A stretch of 64,000 nt of DNA, taken from NCBI GenBank assembly GCA_964391455.1, contig CAYMJQ010000002.1, positions 12,688 through 76,687 of the forward strand, in the 5' to 3' direction. The position numbers were made by a program, and so were the translations under genes. A model generated the notes under the pieces. That model made no database searches and had not been told where the DNA came from. It saw nothing but the letters and a program-made list of their open reading frames with translations. Every line of letters starts with the position of its first letter. Position 1 is the first letter of the stretch. Below are positions 36,423-47,124 of this stretch, piece by piece. The stretch is from an uncultured Candidatus Saccharibacteria bacterium. GTDB lineage: Bacteria; Patescibacteriota; Minisyncoccia; Phycocordibacterales; DATDWN01.

Positions 36423-36782
36423 TTACTGTAATTCTACTTCAAGTTCTGCCCCTAGTCCGTCTAGGTCTGTACTCTGTAAATCTGCTTCTATTGAATTCAG
36501 GTCATCAGAAGAATCTACATTTAGTATAGAATTTATTTCAGAGTCGTTGCTTTCTTGTATATCTTGGGTTTCTGTTAGTGTTTGTTCCTGTCTCATTTTT
36601 GCTTCATCTATTCTTTTTCCCCAAAAATATAATCCACCTAGTATTATTACAGCTATTACTATTATTGTTCCAATTATAGATCCTATAGAAGATTTGTTTT
36701 CATTTAGGCCATTGTTTTGAAAGTTACCCATAGTTGAGTTGTTTAAAGGAGACATATTATTCATATCATTATTTGGTTGCAT
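36423..36782 (-). CDS. small single-pass membrane protein
   Basis: A 119-aa protein with a central TM helix and an acidic C-terminus. Confidence 0.4.
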   Translation of the reverse strand: MQPNNDMNNMSPLNNSTMGNFQNNGLNENKSSIGSIIGTIIVIAVIILGGLYFWGKRIDEAKMRQEQTLTETQDIQESNDSEINSILNVDSSDDLNSIEADLQSTDLDGLGAELEVELQ

Positions 36783-36808
36783 ATTTTCGTTTATATTATT
36801 TTTTAATT

Positions 36809-37546
36809 TTAATTGGTTTTTGTTGTTGTAGACAATCCTTTAAGACTAGATATAGCATTCACTAGAGATCTATGAGATGTTTTTAGATAATCTTGAATCA
36901 TACCAACTTCACTTCTCATTTTTGTCATAGTTTCTAGTTTTATTGCACCAGTTGTTGTTGAAATATTTTGCATTCCCAAAGCAGTTGTGTTTCTTAAAGA
37001 AGTCAATGAATTTCTAGCTTTTTGAATGTTAGATTTAGCATCTGATACATATCTTTCTGCTTCTGTGGTGTTTCCACCGTCTTCTTTGATTTTATCCATT
37101 CTAGACTCTATTCTTTCGATTATTTTTTCTTGTCTTTGTATAGTAGCTTGAATTCTGTCTAGCATTTTAACAAACAATCTATTTAATTGTTCTCTTGCGT
37201 TAGCAATTCTGTTTTCTGAGCTAGTGCCCATTTGAGACTTTCTTTCTATCAAGTCTTCCTTTTTTTGTTGAGAGGATGTCTCTAATTTTTTGTTTAATTC
37301 TTGAACCTGTGCTCTTTTTGTTTCTGTGTTGTTTAAGTTATTTAACTTTTCATTTTTTTGCCTCTCTAACTCTTCTAGTTTTGCTCTTTTTTGCTCCATC
37401 AATTCTGGAGAAACTTGTTGTTGTTTTACAGGTCTATTAACAGAGTTTTCTGGATTTTTTGTATTACTAACATCTTGACCATACACAGCAGTAGACATTG
37501 TCAGTGTCATGGCCATTATAGATGCATTTAAGATAAATTTTTTCAT
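36809..37546 (-). CDS. secreted coiled-coil protein
   Basis: A 245-aa protein with a signal peptide and Gln/Glu/Lys-rich heptad repeats. Confidence 0.45.
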   Translation of the reverse strand: MKKFILNASIMAMTLTMSTAVYGQDVSNTKNPENSVNRPVKQQQVSPELMEQKRAKLEELERQKNEKLNNLNNTETKRAQVQELNKKLETSSQQKKEDLIERKSQMGTSSENRIANAREQLNRLFVKMLDRIQATIQRQEKIIERIESRMDKIKEDGGNTTEAERYVSDAKSNIQKARNSLTSLRNTTALGMQNISTTTGAIKLETMTKMRSEVGMIQDYLKTSHRSLVNAISSLKGLSTTTKTN

Positions 37547-37655
37547 AATTAATTGAATTTTGATTTTTTGTTTTATTAAATGACTAACTTGTTAATTATA
37601 CAACAAATACAACAAAACCCCATCTTGTAATACACAAGGTGGGGTTTTGTAATTT

Positions 37656-38171
37656 TTAAGACTTTTTATAGTTTTCTAGTGCTTTTTTGAAAGCTTGCAT
37701 TGCCTTATCTTTTCCTTCTATTCCATTTATTTCAACCACTTTATTTTGAAGATTTTTATATGTAGTAAAGAAATGCTCAATTTCCTTAAGTGTGTGTTTA
37801 TTTAGGTCTTTTAAATCATTAATATCGTCAAACCTAGGATCTTTTACTGGTACGGCAATTATTTTTGCATCAGATTCTCCATCATCTACCATATTTACTA
37901 TTGCTACAGGTCTTACTTTAACTAGAACTCCAGGGAAAAGAGGGTAAGTTGTTAGAACAAGAACATCTAATGGATCGCCATCATCCCACAAAGTTTGAGG
38001 CACAAAACCATAGTCAAAAGGGTAATCTTGAGTGGTGTACATAGCTCTGTCTAACATTATAAGCCCTGTTTCTTTGTCTATTTCGTATTTATTCTTACTG
38101 CCTTTATTGATTTCTATAATTACATTTATTTTTTCAGCTGTACCCGGATCTATTTCCTTTATTAAATTCAT
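37656..38171 (-). CDS. ppa: inorganic pyrophosphatase
   Basis: DPLDVLVL and other family I PPase motifs; 171 aa. Confidence 0.9.
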   Translation of the reverse strand: MNLIKEIDPGTAEKINVIIEINKGSKNKYEIDKETGLIMLDRAMYTTQDYPFDYGFVPQTLWDDGDPLDVLVLTTYPLFPGVLVKVRPVAIVNMVDDGESDAKIIAVPVKDPRFDDINDLKDLNKHTLKEIEHFFTTYKNLQNKVVEINGIEGKDKAMQAFKKALENYKKS

Positions 38172-38202
38172 ATTATATTAAAGTTAATTTTCTTAGCTTT
38201 TC

Positions 38203-38285
38203 CAAATTTGGTCAATCTCATCTTCTAAATTTTTAAAATATTCGTTGCCTTACTACCTGTAAGGCTTCTTACATTTTAAAAACTT
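38203..38285. repeat. dispersed ~85-bp intergenic repeat, copy B (contains hairpin gccttac…gtaaggc)
   Basis: It aligns along its length with 46964-47046 (caaatttgg…ttcgt.gccttactac.tgtaag…attttaaaa). Confidence 0.55.
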
Positions 38286-38345
38286 ATAAGTGATTTTGTC
38301 TCAAATTATGAAAAAGATTCTTTTAATCTAATAATACTAACACAA

Positions 38346-39509
38346 TTATTCAATAACAATTTCAGGTTCTGTTTCATTTTTCTTGTCTTCTTCTGATTTC
38401 CCAGTAGATTGGATATCAATTTTCCAACCTGTAAGTTTGGCAGCAAGACGTACATTTTGACCACCCTTACCTATAGCAAGAGATTGTTGGTCTTCAGATA
38501 CACTTACAGTTGCTTGTTTTTCTTCTTCATTTATTTTTACATCAAGGATTTTTGCTGGAGATAGTGCGTCTTCAATAAATTTCTTAGAGTCTTCAGACCA
38601 CTCTATTATGTCTATTTTTTCACCTCCTAGTTCTGACATAACAGTAGAAACACGAACACCACGTTGACCAACCATTGATCCAACTGGGTCTATGTGTGAA
38701 TCGGTCGAAGATACTGCTATTTTAGTCCTTGACCCTGCTTCTCTTGCAATAGATTTTATTACTACTGTTCCATTAACAATTTCTGGAGTTTCAGCTTCAA
38801 AAAGTTTTTCTAAAAATTTAGGGTGTGAACGTGAAAGTCTTAGAAATACTCCTTTCCCAGATTCTTCTACTCTATATAAGTAAGCCCTAACTCTTTCTCC
38901 CTGACCAAATCTCTCTCCAGGAATTTGTTCTTCATAAGGAAGAAGTCCAGTTGCTCGTCCCATATCAATAAATATATTACCTCTTTCTATTCTTTGAACT
39001 GTTCCAGTAACAATTTCTCCCTCTTTTTCACCATACTGAGATATTATAGAGACTTTTTCCGCTTCTCTTATTTTTTGCATAATAACTTGTTTTGCTGTTT
39101 GAGCTGCGATTCTGCTGTAGTCATCTTGTGCTTCAAGAGGGAAAATCATTTCCTCTCCGAGAGTAACATTTTTTTTGATTCTTCTGGCATCGTCTATCAT
39201 TATATGGTGTTCTGGATTAAATAAATCTACAGTAGGTTGTGTATCTTCTGCTGAAGGGTCAAATTCCGGCAAATCTTCTTCGTTCATAACAACAGTAGTA
39301 TCATCAACCACTTTTTTGACCTGAAACATCTCTGTTTTTCCAGAGTTCATATCGAATTTTGCTCTTATTATTTGTCCTTTTTTACCGTATTCTTTTTTGT
39401 ATGCTGTAGCTAGTGCAAGCTCAATAGCCTCGATTATTTTTTCTCGAGGGATACCTCTCTCTTCTTCTAGTTGAGTTAGGACACTACCTATTACTTTTAA
39501 GTCAATCAT
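38346..39509 (-). CDS. nusA: transcription termination/antitermination factor NusA
   Basis: An N-terminal domain, an S1 domain and two KH domains with a characteristic sequence; 387 aa. Confidence 0.9.
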   Translation of the reverse strand: MIDLKVIGSVLTQLEEERGIPREKIIEAIELALATAYKKEYGKKGQIIRAKFDMNSGKTEMFQVKKVVDDTTVVMNEEDLPEFDPSAEDTQPTVDLFNPEHHIMIDDARRIKKNVTLGEEMIFPLEAQDDYSRIAAQTAKQVIMQKIREAEKVSIISQYGEKEGEIVTGTVQRIERGNIFIDMGRATGLLPYEEQIPGERFGQGERVRAYLYRVEESGKGVFLRLSRSHPKFLEKLFEAETPEIVNGTVVIKSIAREAGSRTKIAVSSTDSHIDPVGSMVGQRGVRVSTVMSELGGEKIDIIEWSEDSKKFIEDALSPAKILDVKINEEEKQATVSVSEDQQSLAIGKGGQNVRLAAKLTGWKIDIQSTGKSEEDKKNETEPEIVIE

Positions 39510-39817
39510 ATTATTTTTGAAAGTTTTTTGAATTAATTTTTAATTTTTTTCTTAAAAAAATGGCCCGCCCTGTGGCGAACTTCAATAAAATAATAATACA
39601 CCCTATGTATAATTTTGTCAATCGAAGCTTTGCCTCAGATTATATGTAAGTCTCTGGCGGTAATACTAAAAAATTTTTATTTATGAAATCTTTTACACAT
39701 TTTTGGAGCGTTACAAAAAAAATTTTGATATAATATTATGAAAGAATGGTGATAAAATCATAACTAATATTGAATTATACAAAATGTAGTAATTCATAAT
39801 TCTTTATTCAACCCATT

Positions 39818-41572
39818 ATGCACATAGAAGAATCACAGTTAAAAAATTTTATTTTGGATTCTGGTCTTGTTTCAAAGACAGATGTAGAGTCTGCTGAAAA
39901 AGAAGCAAAAGAAAACAATAGTAATATAGGAAAGATTCTTGTAAACAAAGGCAAACTTACAGAGGACGATCTTCGTCGTATGCAGGCATATATATTAGGT
40001 ATACCTTTTGTTGATTTAAAAAAAGAAAAATTACCTTTTGATGTCCTTTCTTTAATACCAGAACCAATTGCTAGAAACCATAATATAGTTGCTTTTAAAA
40101 AAAGCGATTCCGCTCTGGAGGTTGCCATGCTTGATACAGAAGATTTGACCGCTATTGATTTTGTAAAAAAGAAGACTGGTTTGAAAATTCTACCTAGACT
40201 GACCGATGATGATTCAATGAAGAGCGCTATTTTGCAGTATCAAAAAAGCCTTAAAGCTGAATTCGGAGATCTTATTGCGGAAGATGTGAGTAATATAAAA
40301 AATATTCCAAATGGAGATGGAGACGTTGATTTAAATGAACAAGACTTGAAGAAAATGGCAGATGATGTGCCAATGATAAGAATAGTTGATACCTTACTTA
40401 AACACGCTATTATTCAAAACGCTTCAGATATACACATAGAACCACAAGAAAAAGAACTTTTGATTAGATATAGAATTGATGGACTTTTGCATGACGCAAT
40501 GATTTTGCCTAAAAATATGGCACCTAGTGTTGTTGCTCGTATAAAAGTATTGTCTTCTCTTAAACTCGATGAAAAAAGACTTCCGCAAGATGGAAGATTT
40601 AAAATAGATTCAGATGGTGAAAAGGTTTCTTTTCGTGTTTCAACGCTACCAACTTATTATGGTGAAAAAATCGTGATGAGACTTTTACGTGAAAATGTAT
40701 CCGGATTTACTTTGGAATCTCTGGCCTTTCATGGTGAAGGTTTGGATAGGATACATAAAGCGGTTAAATCTACTACGGGGATGATTTTAACTACTGGTCC
40801 GACTGGTTCTGGAAAGACAACAACTCTTTATACTGTATTAGATATTCTAAATACTCCAGATGTAAATATATCTACCATTGAGGATCCTATTGAATATCAA
40901 ATGAAAAGAGTTAATCAAACTCAAGTTAGGCCAGAGATAGGTTTCACTTTTGCTTCTGGGCTTAGGACTTTAGTTAGGCAAGACCCAGATATTATCATGG
41001 TCGGTGAAATTCGTGATGGCGAAACAGCTTCACTTGCGGTTAACGCTGCACTTACTGGTCACGTAGTTCTTTCTACACTTCACACCAACTCAGCTGCAGG
41101 TGCTATACCCAGACTTATAGATATGAAAGTAGAACCTTTTCTTTTGGTGTCTACTATAAATATAATTATTGGACAAAGATTGGTAAGAAAATTAACAGAC
41201 CAAAAGGAAAAATATAATTTAACTAAAGCAGAAATAGACACTTTGGGTAAATCAATAAATCTAGATAAGGTTTTGGATGCCTTAAAATCAGAAAAGATAA
41301 TAGGTAAAAGTGATAAATGGGAAGACATATCTTTTTATCGTCCAAAAACAGGTGTTAATCCAGAGGAATGTTTTTCTGGAAGATCTGGTATTCACGAAAT
41401 ACTTAAAGTTTCTCCAGCTATCAAAGAAGCAATATTAAAATCTGGAACAACAGATGATATTCAAAAAATTGCTGAACAAGAAGGTATGTTAACAATGATG
41501 GAAGATGGAATTTTTCAAGCGGTGCAAGGGTATACCACCATCGAAGAAGTCTTACGTGTTATATCGGAATAA
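39818..41572 (+). CDS. pilB: type IV pilus / T2SS assembly ATPase (GspE/PilB family)
   Basis: The Walker A GPTGSGKTTTLY, the Asp and His boxes, an N-terminal GSPII_E_N-like domain, and a tetracysteine replaced region. Confidence 0.85.
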   Translation: MHIEESQLKNFILDSGLVSKTDVESAEKEAKENNSNIGKILVNKGKLTEDDLRRMQAYILGIPFVDLKKEKLPFDVLSLIPEPIARNHNIVAFKKSDSALEVAMLDTEDLTAIDFVKKKTGLKILPRLTDDDSMKSAILQYQKSLKAEFGDLIAEDVSNIKNIPNGDGDVDLNEQDLKKMADDVPMIRIVDTLLKHAIIQNASDIHIEPQEKELLIRYRIDGLLHDAMILPKNMAPSVVARIKVLSSLKLDEKRLPQDGRFKIDSDGEKVSFRVSTLPTYYGEKIVMRLLRENVSGFTLESLAFHGEGLDRIHKAVKSTTGMILTTGPTGSGKTTTLYTVLDILNTPDVNISTIEDPIEYQMKRVNQTQVRPEIGFTFASGLRTLVRQDPDIIMVGEIRDGETASLAVNAALTGHVVLSTLHTNSAAGAIPRLIDMKVEPFLLVSTINIIIGQRLVRKLTDQKEKYNLTKAEIDTLGKSINLDKVLDALKSEKIIGKSDKWEDISFYRPKTGVNPEECFSGRSGIHEILKVSPAIKEAILKSGTTDDIQKIAEQEGMLTMMEDGIFQAVQGYTTIEEVLRVISE

Positions 41573-41585
41573 TTCCAAATTCGGT

Positions 41586-41650
41586 GAATTTCTTGTTCCC
41601 AAATTAAAAATACTTACTCACAATTTTATTTTAAAACTATAAACTATTTA
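41586..41650. repeat. dispersed intergenic repeat, shorter copy C
   Basis: ccaaattcggtgaatttcttgttcccaa…attttaaaact matches the ends and left arm of copies A and B. Confidence 0.45.
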
Positions 41651-41724
41651 TTTTTATTTTGATAGAATGTATATAGTATGATTTTTTTTCTAACACTAAA
41701 AACTAGAAACTAACAATTGTTTAT

Positions 41725-42936
41725 ATGTTGTTTCATTACAAAATTTTAAATAAAGAAGGGAAGGTTGTGGAAGGTGAAATGGAAGCAAAGGATAAATTTG
41801 CCCTATATCATAGTCTTAAACAAGATGGCTCTACGGTTGTTTCAGCCAATGAAATAAAAGATAAAAAGGCAATAGAAATTCCATTTCTGGGAGCTTTGTT
41901 TGATAAGGTAAAAACAAGGGATAAAATAGTTTTTGCAAAAAATTTGGCAAAAATGACCGAAGCAGGTTTGCCGATTACCCGAGCACTTTCTATCTTAGAG
42001 CGTCAAGCAAAAGGCCAATTCAAAAAAGTTCTTGTCGGAATTAGTGATTCTATAAACAAAGGAAATACTTTAAGTGATTCCATGAAAGCTTATCCAAAAG
42101 TGTTTTCTACACTTTTTGTATCAATGGTTAAGGCTGGAGAAGAGTCTGGTAATCTATCTGTTTCATTGCAAAATGTTGGCGAGCAAATGGATAAATCATA
42201 TCAACTAACTAAAAAAGTTAGAGGAGCAATGATGTATCCGGCTGTAATCATTTCTCTTATGATTGTAATCGGTGTTCTAATGATGATTTACATGGTGCCA
42301 ACTCTTACCTCTACTTTTATCGGTCTTGGCGTAGAATTGCCATTATCAACTAGGATTATTATTTGGATTAGTGATTTTTTGAAATCCTATATTGTTTTTA
42401 TGGCTGTTGGACTTTTAATTTTTTCTTTTTTTGCCCTTTGGTGGTTAAGAACACAGAAAGGACAAAGATTGTTGGATTTTGTTTTTTTGCATATACCGGT
42501 GGTAAAAAATATTGTTAAACAAGTTAATTCTGCAAGAACAGCAAGAACATTATCTTCTCTTCTTTCGTCTGGGGTTGATATTGTGTTGGCAATAGGTATA
42601 ACAAGAGACGTTATACAGAATTCTTACTACAAAGAAGTTTTGTTAGAAATTCAAAACATAATCCAAAAAGGAGAACCAATATCAACTGTTTTTGCTGAAA
42701 ACAGTAATTTATACCCTCTTTTTGTAAGTGAAATGGTTTCAGTTGGTGAAGAGACCGGTAAAATAGGTGAGATGCTTTTGGGTATAGCAGTTTACTATGA
42801 AGATGAAGTAGATCAAAAAACTAAAGATTTATCATCAATCATAGAACCTGTAATTATGATTTTTATAGGTGTTGGAGTTGGATTTTTTGCGATTTCGATG
42901 CTTGGACCGACTTACTCTCTGGCAGACGCCCTTTAA
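41725..42936 (+). CDS. pilC: type IV pilus / T2SS inner-membrane platform protein (GspF/PilC family)
   Basis: Two T2SS_F repeats and 3 TM helices; 403 aa. Confidence 0.8.
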   Translation: MLFHYKILNKEGKVVEGEMEAKDKFALYHSLKQDGSTVVSANEIKDKKAIEIPFLGALFDKVKTRDKIVFAKNLAKMTEAGLPITRALSILERQAKGQFKKVLVGISDSINKGNTLSDSMKAYPKVFSTLFVSMVKAGEESGNLSVSLQNVGEQMDKSYQLTKKVRGAMMYPAVIISLMIVIGVLMMIYMVPTLTSTFIGLGVELPLSTRIIIWISDFLKSYIVFMAVGLLIFSFFALWWLRTQKGQRLLDFVFLHIPVVKNIVKQVNSARTARTLSSLLSSGVDIVLAIGITRDVIQNSYYKEVLLEIQNIIQKGEPISTVFAENSNLYPLFVSEMVSVGEETGKIGEMLLGIAVYYEDEVDQKTKDLSSIIEPVIMIFIGVGVGFFAISMLGPTYSLADAL

Positions 42937-43072
42937 AAACAAAATAAAATTTCCTCATCTGCGTTGTTGCAGTTCAGTTTTGCTCGCTTGTCGTATTTTT
43001 ATACGGCTCGCTCTCAAAACATCCTGCGCCCTAGCGTTTGAAGTAATTTAATTTGTTTTTGATACAAGAAAA

Positions 43073-44878
43073 ATGAATAAGATAAATTTAAAACAGAATA
43101 GTAAAAAGGGGTTCTCACTTGTTGAACTTTTGGTGGGGGTAACAGTTTTTACTTTGATAAGCGTTTCTGTTTATACAAGTTATATAAGTATTTTTGATGT
43201 AGTAAAAGTAAGTAGAAGTAGACTCGAAGCTGTAGACTTAGCAAATGAGCAGTTTGAGATAATAAGAAATCTTCCTTATGCTGATGTTGGTGTTTACGGC
43301 AGTATTCCTAGTGGAGTATTGGTTTATGAAAAAAATTTATCTAAAAGTTCAAATATTTTTAATATAAGAACTACAGTAAGAAATATTGATGATCCTTTTG
43401 ATGGTACTTTAGGAGGTACTCCAAATGATCTTTCACCTGCTGATTATAAATTAGTTGAACTAGAGATAAATTGTTCTACTTGTGTAAATTTTATTCCTAT
43501 GTTCTTTACTACTCGTGTTGCTCCGAGAAATCTTGAAACAGCATCTACAAACGGAGCATTATTTATTAGAGTTTTTGATGCAAACGGTAATCCAGTTCAA
43601 GGAGCTAATGTTCGTGTCGAAAATAATCAAACCATACCTTCTATTTTGATTGAAGATGTGACTAATGCTAATGGCATGCTACAAATAGTAGATGCACCTC
43701 CGGGCGTTAATGCTTATGATATTACAGTAACAAAAAGTGGGTACTCGTCTGATAGGACCCATCGCATTGATGTATCTAATCCAAATCCAAGTAAACCACC
43801 AGCTACTGTGTTATTACAACAAGTTACTCAAATTTCTTTTGTTATAGATAGGGTTAGTACTTTTAATGTAAGCTCGGTAACTCAAACTTGCACCCCAATT
43901 CCTTCGTTTGATTTTAACTTAAGAGGAAGTAAGTTGATCGGTTCTTCTCCTGATGTGTTGAAGTACAACGAAAACAAAATTACTAACGGTTCAGGGTCTT
44001 TGAATATAAATAATCTTGAATGGGATTCTTATGTATTTAGCGGTATAGATAGCGCTTATGATGTTATAGGTTGGAATCCAATTTCTCCTATAAATTTAAT
44101 TCCAGATAGTAATCAAACAGTTCAGTTGGTTGTCGCTCCGAAAGACCCGAATACTTTGGTTGTTATAGTTACTGACGGGGCGACAGGCCTGCCTTTATCT
44201 GATGTATCTGTTGAATTATCCAGATCTGGTTTTACTACAGTTACCAAATCTACAGGTCAAGGTTTTATAAATCAAACAGACTGGTCTTCTGGTTCGGGAC
44301 AAGCAACTTCAACAATACTTAATATGTATTATTCGTCAGATGGAAACATTGAAAATAATAATCCAGCAGGCGAATTATCATTAAGGCAAGTTTTTGGAGA
44401 GTATGTTGGTTCTGGAATTCTGGAATCTTCTTCGTTTGATGTAGGCTCTCTAAGTAATTTTCAAAAGATATACTGGACCCCTATAGATCAGCCGATACAA
44501 TCAGGTGATCCTAACGTTCGTTTTCAAATCGCGACCAATGATGATGGTGGCATCTGGCAGTTCACTGGTCCGGATGGAACAAGCGGTTCTTATTACACAA
44601 CTACAAATCAAAATATTCACAGTATAAATAATGCTAAAAGATATTTAAGATATAAATTATTTTTAGATACAATCTCAACTTCTACTTCTCCTAATATAAG
44701 TGACGTATCTTTTACTTTTACTTCTTTATGTACACCTCCAGGACAAGTGAGTTTTTCAGGCTTATCAGATGGAGTTTATAATTTAAATTTATCTAAATCT
44801 GGTTATACGACCACCGATATATCAGTTAACATCAATTCTCCTTGGCAGAGCCAAAGTGTGATTTTATTACCTAATTAA
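43073..44878 (+). CDS. large prepilin-type protein (N-terminal cleavage/methylation motif) with beta-rich extracellular domains
   Basis: KKGFSLVELLVGVTVFTLISV matches the class III signal G^FSLVE. The protein is 601 aa. Confidence 0.6.
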   Translation: MNKINLKQNSKKGFSLVELLVGVTVFTLISVSVYTSYISIFDVVKVSRSRLEAVDLANEQFEIIRNLPYADVGVYGSIPSGVLVYEKNLSKSSNIFNIRTTVRNIDDPFDGTLGGTPNDLSPADYKLVELEINCSTCVNFIPMFFTTRVAPRNLETASTNGALFIRVFDANGNPVQGANVRVENNQTIPSILIEDVTNANGMLQIVDAPPGVNAYDITVTKSGYSSDRTHRIDVSNPNPSKPPATVLLQQVTQISFVIDRVSTFNVSSVTQTCTPIPSFDFNLRGSKLIGSSPDVLKYNENKITNGSGSLNINNLEWDSYVFSGIDSAYDVIGWNPISPINLIPDSNQTVQLVVAPKDPNTLVVIVTDGATGLPLSDVSVELSRSGFTTVTKSTGQGFINQTDWSSGSGQATSTILNMYYSSDGNIENNNPAGELSLRQVFGEYVGSGILESSSFDVGSLSNFQKIYWTPIDQPIQSGDPNVRFQIATNDDGGIWQFTGPDGTSGSYYTTTNQNIHSINNAKRYLRYKLFLDTISTSTSPNISDVSFTFTSLCTPPGQVSFSGLSDGVYNLNLSKSGYTTTDISVNINSPWQSQSVILLPN

Positions 44879-44879
44879 T

Positions 44880-45494
44880 ATGAAATATAAAGATTTAAAA
44901 AAAGGGTTTACTATAGCAGAATTCATTATAAGTATAACAATTCTTTCCTTTTTAGCGGTTACAGTTAACACTTTTCAAAAAGATGTTTTTTCACTCAGTT
45001 TAAATTTACAAAGCAGTTTGAACGCTCAGCTAGAAGCTAGGCATTTGGTAAAAACAATGGTTTCAGAACTTAGAAGAACAACTAATTCTGCTTTAGGTTC
45101 TTATCCTATTGAACTAGCTTCCTCAACAGGGATTACTTTTTATAGCGACATTGACAATAACGGTTCTATTGAAAGAGTAAGATATTATTTACATAACACT
45201 ACAATAAGAAAGGGGGTTGTGACTCCAACAGGTAATCCACCTGTTTATAATCTAGGTAACGAAGTTACTACAACACTTTTAAATTATGTTATTGCAAGTT
45301 CTACTTTACCAATTTTCCAATATTATGATTCAAATTATTCTGGCACTACATCACCATTAAGTTTTCCTATAGATATATCCACAATAAGATTGATAAAAAT
45401 TACTGTTATAATTGATACAGATCCGAATAGATCTCCGGTTCCAATAATCACAACTTCTCAAGTGAGCCTTAGAAACCTTAAAGATAATTATTAA
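44880..45494 (+). CDS. prepilin-type minor pilin / pseudopilin
   Basis: KKGFTIAEFIISITILSFLAV is a prepilin motif; 204 aa. Confidence 0.6.
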   Translation: MKYKDLKKGFTIAEFIISITILSFLAVTVNTFQKDVFSLSLNLQSSLNAQLEARHLVKTMVSELRRTTNSALGSYPIELASSTGITFYSDIDNNGSIERVRYYLHNTTIRKGVVTPTGNPPVYNLGNEVTTTLLNYVIASSTLPIFQYYDSNYSGTTSPLSFPIDISTIRLIKITVIIDTDPNRSPVPIITTSQVSLRNLKDNY

Positions 45495-46957
45495 TGAAAT
45501 TTTTTTATACTAAAAAAAATAAAGGTAGTCTGATGATACAAGCTATAGTTTTTGGTTCTATAGCTGTTGTTATGATAGGTGCTTTAATAAGTTGGGCTGG
45601 AGTAAATATAAAAGCAGGGAAGGTTTCAATGTATAGAGAGCAGGCACTGCAGATTGCTGAGGCGGGGGTAGATTATTATAGATGGCATTTGGCACATGCA
45701 CCTAATGATTTTCAAGATGGTACAGGACTCCCTGGTCCATATATTCATGATTTTCACAATAAAGATGGAATAAAAATAGGTGAATATTCTCTGGAAATAA
45801 TACCACCACCAGTTGGTTCTACATTGGTGGTGATAAGGTCTACTGGGACAATAATAGAAGATCCTACAGTATCTAGAACAATTGAGACAAGATTGGCTAT
45901 ACCTTCTTTGGCTAGGTACGCAATAGCTTCTAATAGTGATATTCGTTTTGGAGAAGGAACAGAGGTTTTTGGTCCTATACATTCAAATGGTGGAATAAGA
46001 TTTGATGGTATTGCTCATAATTTAGTTACAAGTTCTAGAGAGGATTATAATGATCCAGATCATACAGGTGGAAATGAGTTTGGTGTTCATACTCATGTTA
46101 ACCCTCCTCCGGGTAGTGGTGTAAATAATACATTTCGTCCAAATGAAGCTCCACCTAACACAATTCCAAGTCGTCCAGATGTTTTTGTTGCTGGTAGACT
46201 TTTTCCGGTGCCAGCTATTGATTTTTTAGGTTTTACGACTGATTTGGCACAAATAAAATCAGACGCTCAATCAAGTGGTAGATATTTTGGTTCTTCAGGA
46301 GCACTTGGTTACAGAATTCTTCTAAGAACAGATGATACTTTTGATTTGTATAGGGTTAATCAATTAACCTCTGCGGGAGGAAGTTGTACAGAAACAACAA
46401 CAGGTTGGGGAACTTGGAGTATAAGAACTACCGGAGGTTCTCAAACATTTTTGGCAAACTATGCTATACCAGCAAACGGATTAATCTTTGTAGAGGATCA
46501 TGTTTGGGTTGAGGGACAAATAAATTCTGCCAGAGTAACTATAGCTGCGGGAAGATTTCCAGATAATGCTACAACTAGACCAAACATTATGGTTAATAAT
46601 AATCTTTTATATACGAATTATGATGGTCAGGACGTTATTTCTCTTATTGCTCAAGGAAATATTAATACTGGCTTATCTAGTGCAAATAATCTTCGAGTAG
46701 ACGCGGCTTTGGTAGCTCAAAACGGTAGAGTTGGTAGGTACTATTACTCATCTAGTTGTGGTACGGGTTATACCAGAAATTCTATTACTTTGTATGGAAT
46801 GATCGCAAGTAATCAAAGGTATGGTTTTGCTTATACAGATGGAACAGGTTATAGCCAAAGAGACATTATATATGATGCAAACTTGCTTTATGCTCCACCT
46901 CCTTCATTTCCTCTAACTTCTGACCAATACCAGATCGTCTCCTGGAAAGAACTGTAG
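45494..46957 (+). CDS. pilus-associated protein with hydrophobic N-terminus (PilX/tip-like?)
   Basis: A 487-aa protein whose N-terminal helix follows the basic MKFFYTKKNKGS. It is overlap-coupled to the upstream pilin gene. Confidence 0.45.
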   Translation: MKFFYTKKNKGSLMIQAIVFGSIAVVMIGALISWAGVNIKAGKVSMYREQALQIAEAGVDYYRWHLAHAPNDFQDGTGLPGPYIHDFHNKDGIKIGEYSLEIIPPPVGSTLVVIRSTGTIIEDPTVSRTIETRLAIPSLARYAIASNSDIRFGEGTEVFGPIHSNGGIRFDGIAHNLVTSSREDYNDPDHTGGNEFGVHTHVNPPPGSGVNNTFRPNEAPPNTIPSRPDVFVAGRLFPVPAIDFLGFTTDLAQIKSDAQSSGRYFGSSGALGYRILLRTDDTFDLYRVNQLTSAGGSCTETTTGWGTWSIRTTGGSQTFLANYAIPANGLIFVEDHVWVEGQINSARVTIAAGRFPDNATTRPNIMVNNNLLYTNYDGQDVISLIAQGNINTGLSSANNLRVDAALVAQNGRVGRYYYSSSCGTGYTRNSITLYGMIASNQRYGFAYTDGTGYSQRDIIYDANLLYAPPPSFPLTSDQYQIVSWKEL

Positions 46958-46963
46958 AACTTT

Positions 46964-47046
46964 CAAATTTGGCGAAATTCTCGTTCTCAAGTTTCAAAAT
47001 GTTCGTCACCTTACTACTTGTAAGTTTCCTCATATTTTAAAACTCT
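46964..47046. repeat. dispersed ~85-bp intergenic repeat, copy A
   Basis: It directly follows the pilus operon stop. It contains the hairpin ccttactacttgtaagg and ends in attttaaaactc. Confidence 0.55.
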
Positions 47047-47124
47047 CAATATCGGATTTCATTCAAATTATGAAATTTCCAGAAACCAAATTGACTTTTC
47101 AGTAATTTAGTAGAATTTGGTACA

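Noticed and set aside
42869-43051. 60-aa ORF in the pilC downstream spacer
   Set aside because: It lies in a hairpin-rich GC-shifted spacer and has no SD or start context. It is likely non-coding.
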